The notes below the pieces were generated by a model. It saw only the letters and a program-made list of their open reading frames with translations. It searched no databases and had not been told where the DNA came from. A program made the translations under genes and the position numbers. A stretch of DNA of 61,459 bases, counting the filler. It is 10 parts of 10 records of this genome, joined end to end, with 100 filler letters (N's around TTAATTAATTAA, not from the genome) between each part and the next. Parts side by side here need not be neighbours in the genome. Positions count along the whole stretch, not along the records: positions 43,627 to 47,406 come from SRR15195285_2773; positions 47,507 to 61,459 come from SRR15195285_2776; 8 more parts are not named here. The stretch is one strand, 5' to 3'. Below, in pieces: positions 46,838 through 57,139 of the stretch (position 1 is its first letter; each line of letters opens with the position of its first letter).

Positions 46838-47406
46838 TTATGCATTGTCGTCTGTTTTGTGATCGGGGTGGCGTGGCGAAGGGGTGAAGCTGTCCGCAAG
46901 CGAGTGCCAGAGGGGTGCCCCAAGTGGCATCGTACCATACCCCAGTAACCAGATCCCAACGCCCTGTAATCCAGCCTGCTTGGCTCGCTCGTACTTCCGC
47001 ACCAGGCTGGTTCTATTGTCGAACCATCCCTGGACCCAGCCGCCGGTACTGTTTTGGCGATTGTACCACGGCTGCTCCATGCACTCGTCCCAGTATTTTT
47101 GTGTCGCTGGGTCTGCGAGCTGGTTTACATAAAGTGAGTTCCAACCACATCCAGCTCCCCCGCACGTGGCCATGCCTAGACCCACTGGCTGCGCACCCTT
47201 GATCGGAGCAAATCCTGGCTCCGCGGCGACCGGCCATTCACCTCCGAACCAGGGCAATCCTAATATCATCTTGTTGCGTGGGACGCCAAGGGCCGCCCAC
47301 TGAGCCAGCAGCCCGTCTATCCCTGGAAGGTTGCCATAACCCGCGTCCTTTGTGCACGTGGGTGGGGGGTGCCTGGCGGCGGTGGAGTGCAGCTGGGTCA
47401 CAGGGC
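46838..47406 (-). CDS. GH18 chitinase/chitobiase-like C-terminal part, 5' partial
   Basis: GVPRNKMILGLPWFG, PWYN, QGWFDNRTSLVRKY, GLQGVGIW. Confidence 0.85.
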
Positions 47407-47506
47407 NNNNNNNNNNNNNNNNNNNNNNNNNNNNNNNNNNNNNNNNNNNNTTAATTAATTAANNNNNNNNNNNNNNNNNNNNNNNNNNNNNNNNNNNNNN
47501 NNNNNN

Positions 47507-49589
47507 GCGCAAAGAAAAGGAAGCTGAGGATAAAGAAAGGCGCCGCGCGAAGAGGAGACAGCGCAAGCTTGAGAAGCGGCGAGATGAGCTGAGAAGCACG
47601 CGTGACGCTGCGCATAGAGACCCGGAAATGCTGGCGGCAATAGAAGACGAAATTGCAGACCTCATGGAGGCAAATCTCACAGCAGAACAAGGCAATGCTT
47701 GTATCAGACAGGCACGCAGATTCTGCGGGTGGTGCAAAGGTCTTGGGCCCGCCATGAGGGGCGGCATTGCTGAGGCACACCCGTGGGCCTCTGTAATTTT
47801 TGTGAATGCCGACGACCGTTTCACCAGGCCACAACGTGCTGCCGTGCTGTTTTGCGTGATATTCGGGACGATAGCTCTTGGGGCATTTCTAATGGAAGGG
47901 CCACGCTGTATGCCTGAAGATCTTGGGTACCCCAACTGCGCTGGGTGGCAAGAATGCCTACAGGACTGCCAGGACGAAGGGGACGCAGATGGTGCCGATA
48001 GACGTCTGCTGAGTAACGAGACGAACTCATCCGTGCATGGTGGCCCACCATGCAGTGCAGAGGATGAGGCCGGCGAAGCTCCATCTTGCGCGTACTGCAT
48101 CAGCAGGTGCCTTGCGGCTGCAGAGACTGCTGCAGGTGAAGAAGAAGAGGAGGAAGAAATGGAGGAAGGTGCTTGGAAGAAAATCATCACGACAGCTTGC
48201 ATCGTTTCGGTATTGATGTTGCCCGCGGACCGCCTGTTCGTGGCCATGTTCGAACAAGTGACTGAGCCGGCCGCGGATGCCCACGCACGTGGTGCTGGTG
48301 GACGAGAGTGGTCTCTACCAGACTTGCAAGAGGCTAACAAAGGTGCTGTAATGAAAATTCAGGCTGCATTCCGAGGTCGACTTGCGCGGAAGCGCCAGGT
48401 GCTGCTAAAAAAAAAGAAGGCCGACAGAGAGCGCTCGAGCGGAGGTCACGCTCACGGGGATGGTGTAGCGTCCGGCAGCAGGCCTATCCCGAGCGAAGCT
48501 CAAATCCCGATTGAAGACCCTGTCTCCCTTGCAAAAGACGTGGCACCGGACACGACTGAGCCTGTATTCAGTTCCCGCGATCAGATACTTCCTGGCGTAC
48601 CCGAGACAGCCGTTGCATTCCAAGGCGGTGCTTCACCCACTACTGTCACAAGCGAGCAAGCTGGCACCATCGCTGCAGGGACCAAGAGTGCCAGCAGCAC
48701 GCAGCTGGATGAAAGCATCTTACCTGAGATGCCTCGAGGTGCCGTCGACGGCCCCGCTCGTCGACCATTCGTCAAAAAGTACAAGCCAAAGGACCTTGCT
48801 GGGCTCACCGTGTCGCACCAATCCACCCGACATGGGATTGTGCAGCGGATCGACAGCCGCGCGGCAGCGGCGACCTCAGCTGATTCAGTGGCTATCGCTG
48901 GAGGTAACTTCGATGCGATTCTAGATGCGGTGCCGCATGCGCCTCCGGACGGGTTGCCACCCAAAGCGATGCGCAAGCGTGGGCATGCACCCTCATTTGC
49001 GAGGTCCAGGCCGCAGGTGCAGGACAGATATCAAATCGCCGAGGATCAGCTCACAGAACTCGACAAGTTGAGGCAGCATGAGCGCGAGTTGGCTAAAATT
49101 CAGGCATCGTTTCGTGGCATGCTCGTACGCAGGAGGCTCCGCACCGAGTGGGAGGAGGAAGAGCGCCGCAAGGCGCATCGCCGTGCGCGGATCCGACACC
49201 GGATCCGCATTGCTGGACAGGTCGCGCTCGCTACCACAGGCAAGGAGCGTGCGTTGAAGCGCGGCCGGCGCCGCCGCCGCATCGCAAAAATGCAGGACAG
49301 CGAGGAGGACGAAGAGGACGAGGGCTTCCCGCGATGGTTCATGGGAGTCACATACGCGGCTTGCGTGCTATGGTGTCTCATGTGTGGCCTGTACACGCTC
49401 GCCATTTGCGTGTATTTTGGACCGGTCGCATCGCTCGAGTGGCTGCTCTGTTGCTTTTCTGCGAGTGGCTTTGAGGCGTTCGTGCAGGATCCACTCAAGA
49501 TCGCCATCGTGGTCATCCTCGGCGATCAGTCCGAGTACCTCGTGGACTTGTACCTCGAGTTCATGGACTATATGCCGTTCCAGCTATAA
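47507..49589 (+). CDS. Polycystin-1/REJ-like membrane protein C-terminal part with two IQ motifs, 5' partial
   Basis: HPWASV..RFTRPQRAAVLFC and YFGP..EWL..AFVQDPLKI TM motifs; IQAAFRGRLARK and IQASFRGMLVRR. Confidence 0.65.
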
Positions 49590-49937
49590 TTCAGGTGGTC
49601 GACTGGTACCGTTCACATGATGGGGAGCGTGTACTGATTCAGAGCGTACGCCTACAGTACTAGATCTAGTGCTAGTACTACGATGCGATGCAGTTCAATT
49701 GAAAAGGCCCCATTTGTATAAAACCAAATCGCTGAACACTTTAGCACCTGAGCCACTGCTGCGATGTGGCGTCGTTCAGCTAACAACCCCGCCCGGCGCC
49801 ACGCCGGACGCGAGCACCACGGAACAGTGGAACAGTTATGATCCTCGAATGCGAGATGCTGAGCCATTTCTTTGTCGAGATACTTAGCCTCTATAGAAGA
49901 AAAGTCCAGCTAGCACCGGCTCCTGCCGTAGCTCCGA

Positions 49938-49994
49938 AGCTCCCTAGTCTAGCAGCAGCTCCCTAGTCTAGCAGCAGCTCCTTGGTCTAGCCGC
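49938..49994. repeat. 19-bp tandem repeat, 3 copies
   Basis: AGCTCCCTAGTCTAGCAGC twice, then AGCTCCTTGGTCTAGCCGC. Confidence 0.85.
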
Positions 49995-50353
49995 AAACTC
50001 CAGCAACCCTCGCCAGACTTACTCCTCGGGCACACGCGCGCGCGGTTCCACGCCGGTTGCCGCGCGCGCCTCTGTGCTGCGCACGCGCGCGTCCGTCCGC
50101 CGGCGGCGCGGGGATTGGATTCTTGAACTATTCGAATAGAAAACCAAGGACGAAATTCTCATTGAGAACATTTCACACTGGACACTGAAACCGGTGCACC
50201 AACGGCTCAAAACACCACGCGATCGCGCACCGTCGTTATCATTCACGTGCTGCGCTGCGCTCCCATATCGCGATGCGGTGGTGCAGCTCGAAGCCCAAGA
50301 CTTCGCCGCGTAGGGCGCGACGGCCCCAGCCTGAGCTGCCGTCGCTGGACAGC

Positions 50354-51229
50354 ATGAGTTCAGGAGCATCCGACCCTGCGCCCGAACCTGTCGCAGACTC
50401 CGTCGTGCCGTTCAAAGCTGCAGTCGCTGCCAAAGCTCCGGCGCCTGCCAAAGTTCCGGCGGCTGCCAAAGTCCCTACGACCAGACAGCCACTGGCATCC
50501 AGAACGCCCAACACGACGGCCAAACCCGTCACTCCCAAGGTAGACAATTCCGCCGTTGCCGCTGTGGACGACGACAACTGGGACTCGTCGTCCGAAGACG
50601 ACGCGGAACCAACTGCCGTAGCCGACGCCCGCCAAGCCGCCACTGAGCGTGCTCAGGCTGCGGTGGTTGTCGCTCGCCCGAATCCGAGTGCCACGATCGC
50701 CACCGTCGCCGCTACAGCTGTTGTTCCATCTGTCGATCATGATCCCTCCAGCTGGGATAGCGACGACGACAGTGACGATACTCCTGCACCGGCACCTGCA
50801 CCGCGACGCGCCGCGCTGCCTCCGGGCGCACGGCTCAAACCGGACGGTGATTTTGCCGCGCTCGTAGACTGCATGGAGCCTGAGGCAATCGGAGGCGCCG
50901 GGTATAATGGCAAACTGCAGAAGCTGAAGTGTACCACTTGCGGCACAGACGTGCTGCGATTCGCGAACGCGCGCTGGTCAGACGGCACGGAGGGTTACGA
51001 GGCGGTCGACTATTTGTTTTTCCGGTATTTCAGCGGTCATAGCCTAGATGTGAATCGGCTGCGCGAGCGCCTCTTGCCCGACTCTGCGAAGGCAGCATAT
51101 GCCTGCCAGTGTTCTTGGCAATCGGTCGCCGGGCTCAAGAAGCTTAGTGCGTGGGGAACTCCCCCGGGCGACGAGGGTGGTACCGGCGGAGGCGGGACCT
51201 CCCTTCGCTGGCTGCCCCAGGAAGATTGA
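50354..51229 (+). CDS. CFAP418: CFAP418/C8orf37 (RMP domain) ciliary protein
   Basis: LKCTTCG..VLRF..W..DYLFFR..L..AYACQCSW signature; start codon chosen at MSSGAS, could be 50273. Confidence 0.8.
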   Translation: MSSGASDPAPEPVADSVVPFKAAVAAKAPAPAKVPAAAKVPTTRQPLASRTPNTTAKPVTPKVDNSAVAAVDDDNWDSSSEDDAEPTAVADARQAATERAQAAVVVARPNPSATIATVAATAVVPSVDHDPSSWDSDDDSDDTPAPAPAPRRAALPPGARLKPDGDFAALVDCMEPEAIGGAGYNGKLQKLKCTTCGTDVLRFANARWSDGTEGYEAVDYLFFRYFSGHSLDVNRLRERLLPDSAKAAYACQCSWQSVAGLKKLSAWGTPPGDEGGTGGGGTSLRWLPQED

Positions 51230-51438
51230 ACGATCCAAGAACGATCTTAGACAAGTACACTGGGCAAATCATAGCAAAGACACGCGATAAGAATGGAAGA
51301 AGCTCTCCAGGTTTCTCATACAAGCAGACATGAACACACTGACGACGATCGGAGATCCGAGGCAGCTATCATATATGCAGTGACATTGCATGCGCGCGCG
51401 CGCGTGTGTGTAAGCCGTCAAATCCACACAGGTGCCTG

Positions 51439-54400
51439 TCAATGAAGCTCGCTCTGCCACAACTCCTCTTCCTCGCGTAAGGAGGCCTGATCGATGTCTA
51501 CTATCCGTACCGTCCCGTTGGCCTGGACCAGTGCGATCGTCTGGTCAGCCATCTCTGCAATGCCGCAAACCGGCGAGAAAAGACCGGCTGTGGCAGTGAC
51601 GCCATCGTCCTTCACCACTGGTGCCTCGCCGATCTGACTACCCAGCCTGATCTGCTGGAAGGTGCCTAAATCCAGATTCACGACCTCGACTGTCAGCGAA
51701 GACTCGTCCGACACAGCCATGACAGTAATTGGAGTCGCGGTAAGCCCGCACGCGACGTATGTGCGTTGTGCAGCCGGCTGCTCCACTTCGCTGTTTTCGC
51801 GCGGATAACACCATCTGCTCCCTACCGTCGAGGTGGTCGTGAACCCCACCTCCTTCTGGCCGACATCCTTGAAACCTAGTGTGAAGCCACCGTACATATC
51901 GGGCGCACATACTAGGTGGTGGACTCCGTTTGTGCCGCCTACTTCACGAAGCGCGGTGGGTGCCGTGTGCGGCGTGGTGAGCATAAGATAAGCATCTGGC
52001 TGCCTAACTTGCGCGTCAGCCTTGACGTGACTCCCAGAGGAGTCTAATCGGCGATAGTCCTCAATGAGATCATCTCGAGAGGCTACGACAGGGAATAGCT
52101 TTCCGGGCTCGATGAAGTCGCTCTCGCTGCCATCGTCTAGCCACTTCAAAAATACATCTCCATCTCCGTCGATCCGAATTACCTCACCGAAACGGCCGTT
52201 GAGACCAGCGAAAACACCACGCTGGATCCGTACATCCGTGTTGGCGCCCGGTTTAACTGCAGCTGCACTATACTCGCCCCTTGTAGCACCCAGCCATCCT
52301 GCGTTGGTGTCCACGACAGCAATATCACGTTTTTCCTCCATCAGCTGCTGTACTGTTGCACTGTCCGGTGGAAAGACGCCCAGCTGGCCATCAAGAGTTA
52401 AGTCCCACACAGTACCACTGAGGTCGCGCACAAGAAACTTTCGGGAGAAGAGGATTTCAACTTGCGCAATCTCAACTTGGATGCTTAACAAGGAGAATTG
52501 AGTGCATCGCCAAACGTTAGCCACATCATCGAAATGTACGAAGGACATTACAGAACCACCGACGGTGAATAGAATGCAACAGTTGCACATCTCGAAGGCA
52601 TCGATCAACCTCACAGCATCTCCAGGACTGCCTAGCAAGGGGCAGGTCAGTGGTAGTGCAGAGCCATCGGTCGGATCGATCACCCACAGGACTTCAAGTG
52701 CCGCGTTGTAAGTCAGCAGTTTGTTCAGGCTCTTGGCTGCAACTAGAGACCGATCACATGGGCTGTGCGCTGTATTTGCCCCTCGAAGGGAGACAGTCTT
52801 GAGGACTGCGTGTTTTAAGTCTGCAATTTCCACGTCGTCGGCCTGGGTCAGGACGGCTAGAGAGCCGTCTTCAAGCGAGACCGCTCCGTTCACACAGGGT
52901 TCATGCTTCAGGGTAAACCCATACACCTCCTCGCCGAAACGATTCAGCCTAGCAGACACGATATTGTTCATAGTCTCGATTCGCATTGCAGCAGTAAGCC
53001 CGCGGACTGTATCTGCAACCAGAGGAGCAGTGTTCGCTTGCACTGGCACAGATGCAGACCCAGTGCGTGTGATTATGGAGGCTTCGGCGGGCGGACCAAG
53101 CTCTGTCGTCAAAGCCAAGCTGTTCCGGATGCCCGCTCCGTTGTTGTTGTCCAGAGGCAGGCCGTGGCGCAGAAACGCCTCAAACAGATTCCTGCGTAGC
53201 TCAGAGTCAAAAGAGTCGAATGCGAACACGTTTTCCAGTATCTCTGTTATCGTTTCGTCTGGGAACATACTCATATGCTTTACAATTGCCACTAGCTCAC
53301 GGGTAGAGTATGGGTAGCTAAGTACTCCGTCGTCAGTCATCTGCCGTAGGTCCTTGAAAGCGGCTGTTAACTTGGCCAGCGTGCTGACAGGTACTGCACC
53401 ATTGGAATACGACTGCAACATCTCGATTTCACTTTGTTGATCAGGATTGTCGATTGCGTACACAGCGAATACGTCACCCATCTCCGCGAAGAAATCATTG
53501 CCCAGGAATGGATAACCCGGGCGATTCGCCAAGGAAATGACACGGAAATCGTCGTGGATACGGTGAACGTTGTCAGGCAGTTGATCGTCGGCAAGTCCAG
53601 CATAGATCTGTGACTTTGATGAAATGAACCGCCTTCCATCGCCAAGCAAAATTTCACCGTCTTCGAGTAAGCCTTTCATTATACAAACGACCTCCGTCGG
53701 CGCCTTATCTGCTTCATCAACCATGAGCACTCGCCCATGAATCAACGCTTTGACAAGCGGTGAATCTTCCCAAACGATCTTACCATCAATGAGAGTAGGC
53801 GTCAGAGTAAGTGCAGGGACAGTGGTATCACGATGCAGCTGAATGTATTCGCGTTCGCGTCTAAGCAGCTGCAAGAGTCTGTCGGTGAGCTTGTTCTTGC
53901 CTACGCCCTGGTTGCCTATCAGCAAAAGATGTTCTCCGAGCAGGAAGTCTTGCAACATCGAGCGCAACAACCGGGTGTGCATCGGAATGTGGAAAAATAC
54001 CACATCGGGAACGAGGGCAGCGTTCTCTGGAGTCGCACATTCTACTGTAATGTCACCAATTTGAAGCGTGGCGCCTTGCGAATAGTCGGAGGTTTCTTTG
54101 CCATTTGCGTCTGTGACGATAAGTGGCAGTGCAGACACACTGTACTCCTCGTCATTGCGCACAAGTCCGACTGTATCCATTAACGCGACGACGGATTCCT
54201 TTTCGGACTTCGGCATGTACATCATCATGCACGCGTTGTACAGAGAACTGTGAACTTCACCTGGGTATTTTGCAGCCCGGCGCGCCATTCTAAGCATTTG
54301 ACGAAGTGATACAGGACTGGTCACCGATGACAGAGGATCTTCGCCCAGCCTTTCCATGTGCATTGCAAATGTTGAGATCGAGTCTGCGAAGCCTCGTGGC

Positions 54401-56331
54401 ACACCAGGAACAATGGCTTGCAACAGATCTGCATTGCGAGACTGACCCACCGTTGAGCTGAGATCCATTTCCACTGTAAAGAAGTGGAAAAGGTGAAGCA
54501 CTTCGTTGTTGAGCCACGGATCCTGCCGTGTCGGCGGATTTGCTAACGCCAAAACACAGAATGAAGGGTGCACACGATAGATTCCACGAGCAGCCAGTTC
54601 AGCATCTGTATAACCAAGTCGCTCTTGCATCTCGGCGTATCGAGCAGGGCACACAAATGAGGTCCCATCAAATAGCGTGATCTCGCGTTCGTCGAGTAGG
54701 CGGAGCAAGGCAGAAATCGTGCCAACTGGGAGACGATGGACACCATCCAGCACGGCCAGCCGACCTTCCTGCATGGCAACCGTCAATGGTGTAGGTATCC
54801 ATGTAGTGGCACCGAACTCGTCGGTTGATCGACGCTGCAGCAGATCGCGTGCAGTCATATCTTGGTAGATGAACAGCGTCTGAACAGGTGCGTAGCCTAG
54901 CGCCCGTGCGAAGAGCCTAGACATGAACGATTTGCCAGCCCCAGCCTTGCCCACCAAGCACATATCACGCCCAGCAGTGTGTGACTGCAACATCAACGAT
55001 AGCAAATGAAAGTGCTTCGTCTGTACAGTCCCACCGGGAGAAGGTAGGGTGGCTGCACTGGATCCACACGGAGCACGAACAGTTACTTGTGCAAGCGATT
55101 CGACGTGTTCGATCTGAACAGCGCTGTTCACCAAGTCAAAAACTAAGTCCAGCTGACTATCGCCTGCTGGCTGTGCATCGGTGCAGACAAAAACAGGTAG
55201 GCCGCCACCTCCAAGTGATTCGTCCGCGGTGGAAGCTGTCGCGTCGGAGACGAGTTGTACCACGTGCTCCAAAATTTCCGACTGAGCCAGTGGGTACAGT
55301 ACCACTTCGGGATAAATCCGGTCTACAGTGTACTTAATTGCCTGCCCGGGGAAGAGCTGCAACACACGGCCTGCGCTCATGATGTCATTCTCTCCACAAT
55401 ACATCAGCTGGTGATATGCAGCGCCCTGTGCAGCGACGTCCGTGACACCAGCTTGCGCTTGGCCGAGGGCGTGTAGCGACTCGGAGAAACGCAGGAGCCG
55501 GTAGGTGTCGTCCATCGGCAGCGGGGTGAGCAGTTGTCCATCGGCATATGCTACCCGCGGAATGGCCTCCCGGCTGCTCTCAGCGCTTGATTGCATGCTG
55601 GCGATCAGCGTCTGACTCGGAGTCCGGTCGATGCGCCTAGCCTGGAAGCGACTACGAAGTGGAGGGTCGAGCGGGTTTCCTGGGAACGGCGGCACAGGAA
55701 CGCCGAGCGCAATGACGCGAAAGTCTGGATGCACACGCACTACGCGCGCGGCCGCGCGCTCAGCCTCGCTCAGTGAGTCGTAACGCTCCGCAGCCATGAG
55801 GAACCGGCCGTCCTCAAGCGCCATCTCGCGGTTCTCGAGCAGGTTGTTGAGTACCGGCATCACGTTGCGCTCAACCTTCTCAAGACCTTCGACTATGAGC
55901 ACACGGCCGTGGATCGCAGCCCGCACGGGCGCCTGGTCAGCATAGGCCGCAGACCCCCCGCCCACAATCTCACGCCTCTGCTTGAGGTCGGACTCCGTTG
56001 TGTCCTGCGTGAGTGCCACGTATTCCATTTCACGGCTCATGCGGTGGCAGAAGACCAGCGCGAGCCAGCGACGCATCGGGCCGTGGACGCCGAGCAGGTA
56101 CATGTCCTGGCCTAGCATGTCTTTCCGGCGCATCCAGCGGATGTGGTTCCGGGCCCAGCGTGAGCGCAGGAGCTCTCCCTCGAATCCGAATGGGATGATC
56201 TCGGGCTTGGTGGTGGAGATGTCGTCAGCTGCCGTGGCTGCTGCGACGGCAACGGCATCGAGGGGGTCCACCGACGGATCGGAGTTGATCATATGATCGG
56301 TCATCCTGCCGACGCGCCGCATCGACGCCAT
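51439..56331 (-). CDS. VWA8: VWA8-like triple AAA+ ATPase lacking the C-terminal VWA domain
   Basis: KDMLGQDMYLLG, DTTESDLKQRREI, VLNNLLENREMALEDGRFL, GNPLDPPLRSRFQ, GNQGVGKNK, YPYSTRELV. Confidence 0.9.
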   Translation of the reverse strand: MASMRRVGRMTDHMINSDPSVDPLDAVAVAAATAADDISTTKPEIIPFGFEGELLRSRWARNHIRWMRRKDMLGQDMYLLGVHGPMRRWLALVFCHRMSREMEYVALTQDTTESDLKQRREIVGGGSAAYADQAPVRAAIHGRVLIVEGLEKVERNVMPVLNNLLENREMALEDGRFLMAAERYDSLSEAERAAARVVRVHPDFRVIALGVPVPPFPGNPLDPPLRSRFQARRIDRTPSQTLIASMQSSAESSREAIPRVAYADGQLLTPLPMDDTYRLLRFSESLHALGQAQAGVTDVAAQGAAYHQLMYCGENDIMSAGRVLQLFPGQAIKYTVDRIYPEVVLYPLAQSEILEHVVQLVSDATASTADESLGGGGLPVFVCTDAQPAGDSQLDLVFDLVNSAVQIEHVESLAQVTVRAPCGSSAATLPSPGGTVQTKHFHLLSLMLQSHTAGRDMCLVGKAGAGKSFMSRLFARALGYAPVQTLFIYQDMTARDLLQRRSTDEFGATTWIPTPLTVAMQEGRLAVLDGVHRLPVGTISALLRLLDEREITLFDGTSFVCPARYAEMQERLGYTDAELAARGIYRVHPSFCVLALANPPTRQDPWLNNEVLHLFHFFTVEMDLSSTVGQSRNADLLQAIVPGVPRGFADSISTFAMHMERLGEDPLSSVTSPVSLRQMLRMARRAAKYPGEVHSSLYNACMMMYMPKSEKESVVALMDTVGLVRNDEEYSVSALPLIVTDANGKETSDYSQGATLQIGDITVECATPENAALVPDVVFFHIPMHTRLLRSMLQDFLLGEHLLLIGNQGVGKNKLTDRLLQLLRREREYIQLHRDTTVPALTLTPTLIDGKIVWEDSPLVKALIHGRVLMVDEADKAPTEVVCIMKGLLEDGEILLGDGRRFISSKSQIYAGLADDQLPDNVHRIHDDFRVISLANRPGYPFLGNDFFAEMGDVFAVYAIDNPDQQSEIEMLQSYSNGAVPVSTLAKLTAAFKDLRQMTDDGVLSYPYSTRELVAIVKHMSMFPDETITEILENVFAFDSFDSELRRNLFEAFLRHGLPLDNNNGAGIRNSLALTTELGPPAEASIITRTGSASVPVQANTAPLVADTVRGLTAAMRIETMNNIVSARLNRFGEEVYGFTLKHEPCVNGAVSLEDGSLAVLTQADDVEIADLKHAVLKTVSLRGANTAHSPCDRSLVAAKSLNKLLTYNAALEVLWVIDPTDGSALPLTCPLLGSPGDAVRLIDAFEMCNCCILFTVGGSVMSFVHFDDVANVWRCTQFSLLSIQVEIAQVEILFSRKFLVRDLSGTVWDLTLDGQLGVFPPDSATVQQLMEEKRDIAVVDTNAGWLGATRGEYSAAAVKPGANTDVRIQRGVFAGLNGRFGEVIRIDGDGDVFLKWLDDGSESDFIEPGKLFPVVASRDDLIEDYRRLDSSGSHVKADAQVRQPDAYLMLTTPHTAPTALREVGGTNGVHHLVCAPDMYGGFTLGFKDVGQKEVGFTTTSTVGSRWCYPRENSEVEQPAAQRTYVACGLTATPITVMAVSDESSLTVEVVNLDLGTFQQIRLGSQIGEAPVVKDDGVTATAGLFSPVCGIAEMADQTIALVQANGTVRIVDIDQASLREEEELWQSELH

Positions 56332-57139
56332 GCCCGACTGCGCCGCTCCTGACCGGCATTGCGCCATTGGTCGGCAGGGCGTGGCGTGGCGTGGCGGGGC
56401 AGGGGCAGGGGCGCTCCTCAGCGAAGGCCCAGGGAGGCCAAGGGCGGGAGCGGCGGCGCGCACTAGTGGAGCGCTGAGGCGGTGCCGCTATGCGTGGGTA
56501 CGTACTGGGTCCGTCGGGTGGCGGTGCAAGGCTGCAACAGCACGATGCACTAGCGGGCATGCGCCATCGTCGCCCGCGCGCGCGCGGGTGCGATTCCGCG
56601 CCTGTCTGCGGCCGCCGCCCGCGTCAGTGCCCGGCTCCAGGTCTCTCGTGCGCTGAACTACTGCGCGCGCTCACCGCTCACGCGGCGCTCAGGCAGGGCA
56701 GGTTCAATCCAGGAATCCAGTCCCCTACCAGTATCCCGGATCCATTCAACTTTGCGGGATCAAGAATTTTTTTTAAAAATGCGGTCTCCTGGCTTGTCTC
56801 CCGTGATGCGTGAACTCTCGCGTCTCGGCCTCTCGCGAATTGAATTGATTATGATTTGGGAGTCAGGCCGACCGGCACTTCAAAGAGTTCATCGAACAAT
56901 TCTCCGGTTGATGGCACAGGCGAGTGCGAGTGGCGGGTGGCGGGAGCAGACCGGCTAAGGTCACCGGAGAGTACAGAAGCCAGCGACGCCCTGCTGCTGC
57001 TGCTGCTGCTGCTGCGGCACGGCGATAGTTGCTTGCACGGAGTGCTGGGGACGGGGAACGCCTAGATGCTCTAGCCTTGCGAGCCGGACACAGACGATAC
57101 TGCCCACCCGTGTGTTGAGGTTGGCCGCGAAGCTCCGTC
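56332..57139. promoter_or_regulatory. Probable divergent promoter region between the VWA8-like and gamma-tubulin genes
   Basis: Head-to-head start codons about 800 nt apart; CG-run flank and AT-richer core. Confidence 0.45.
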
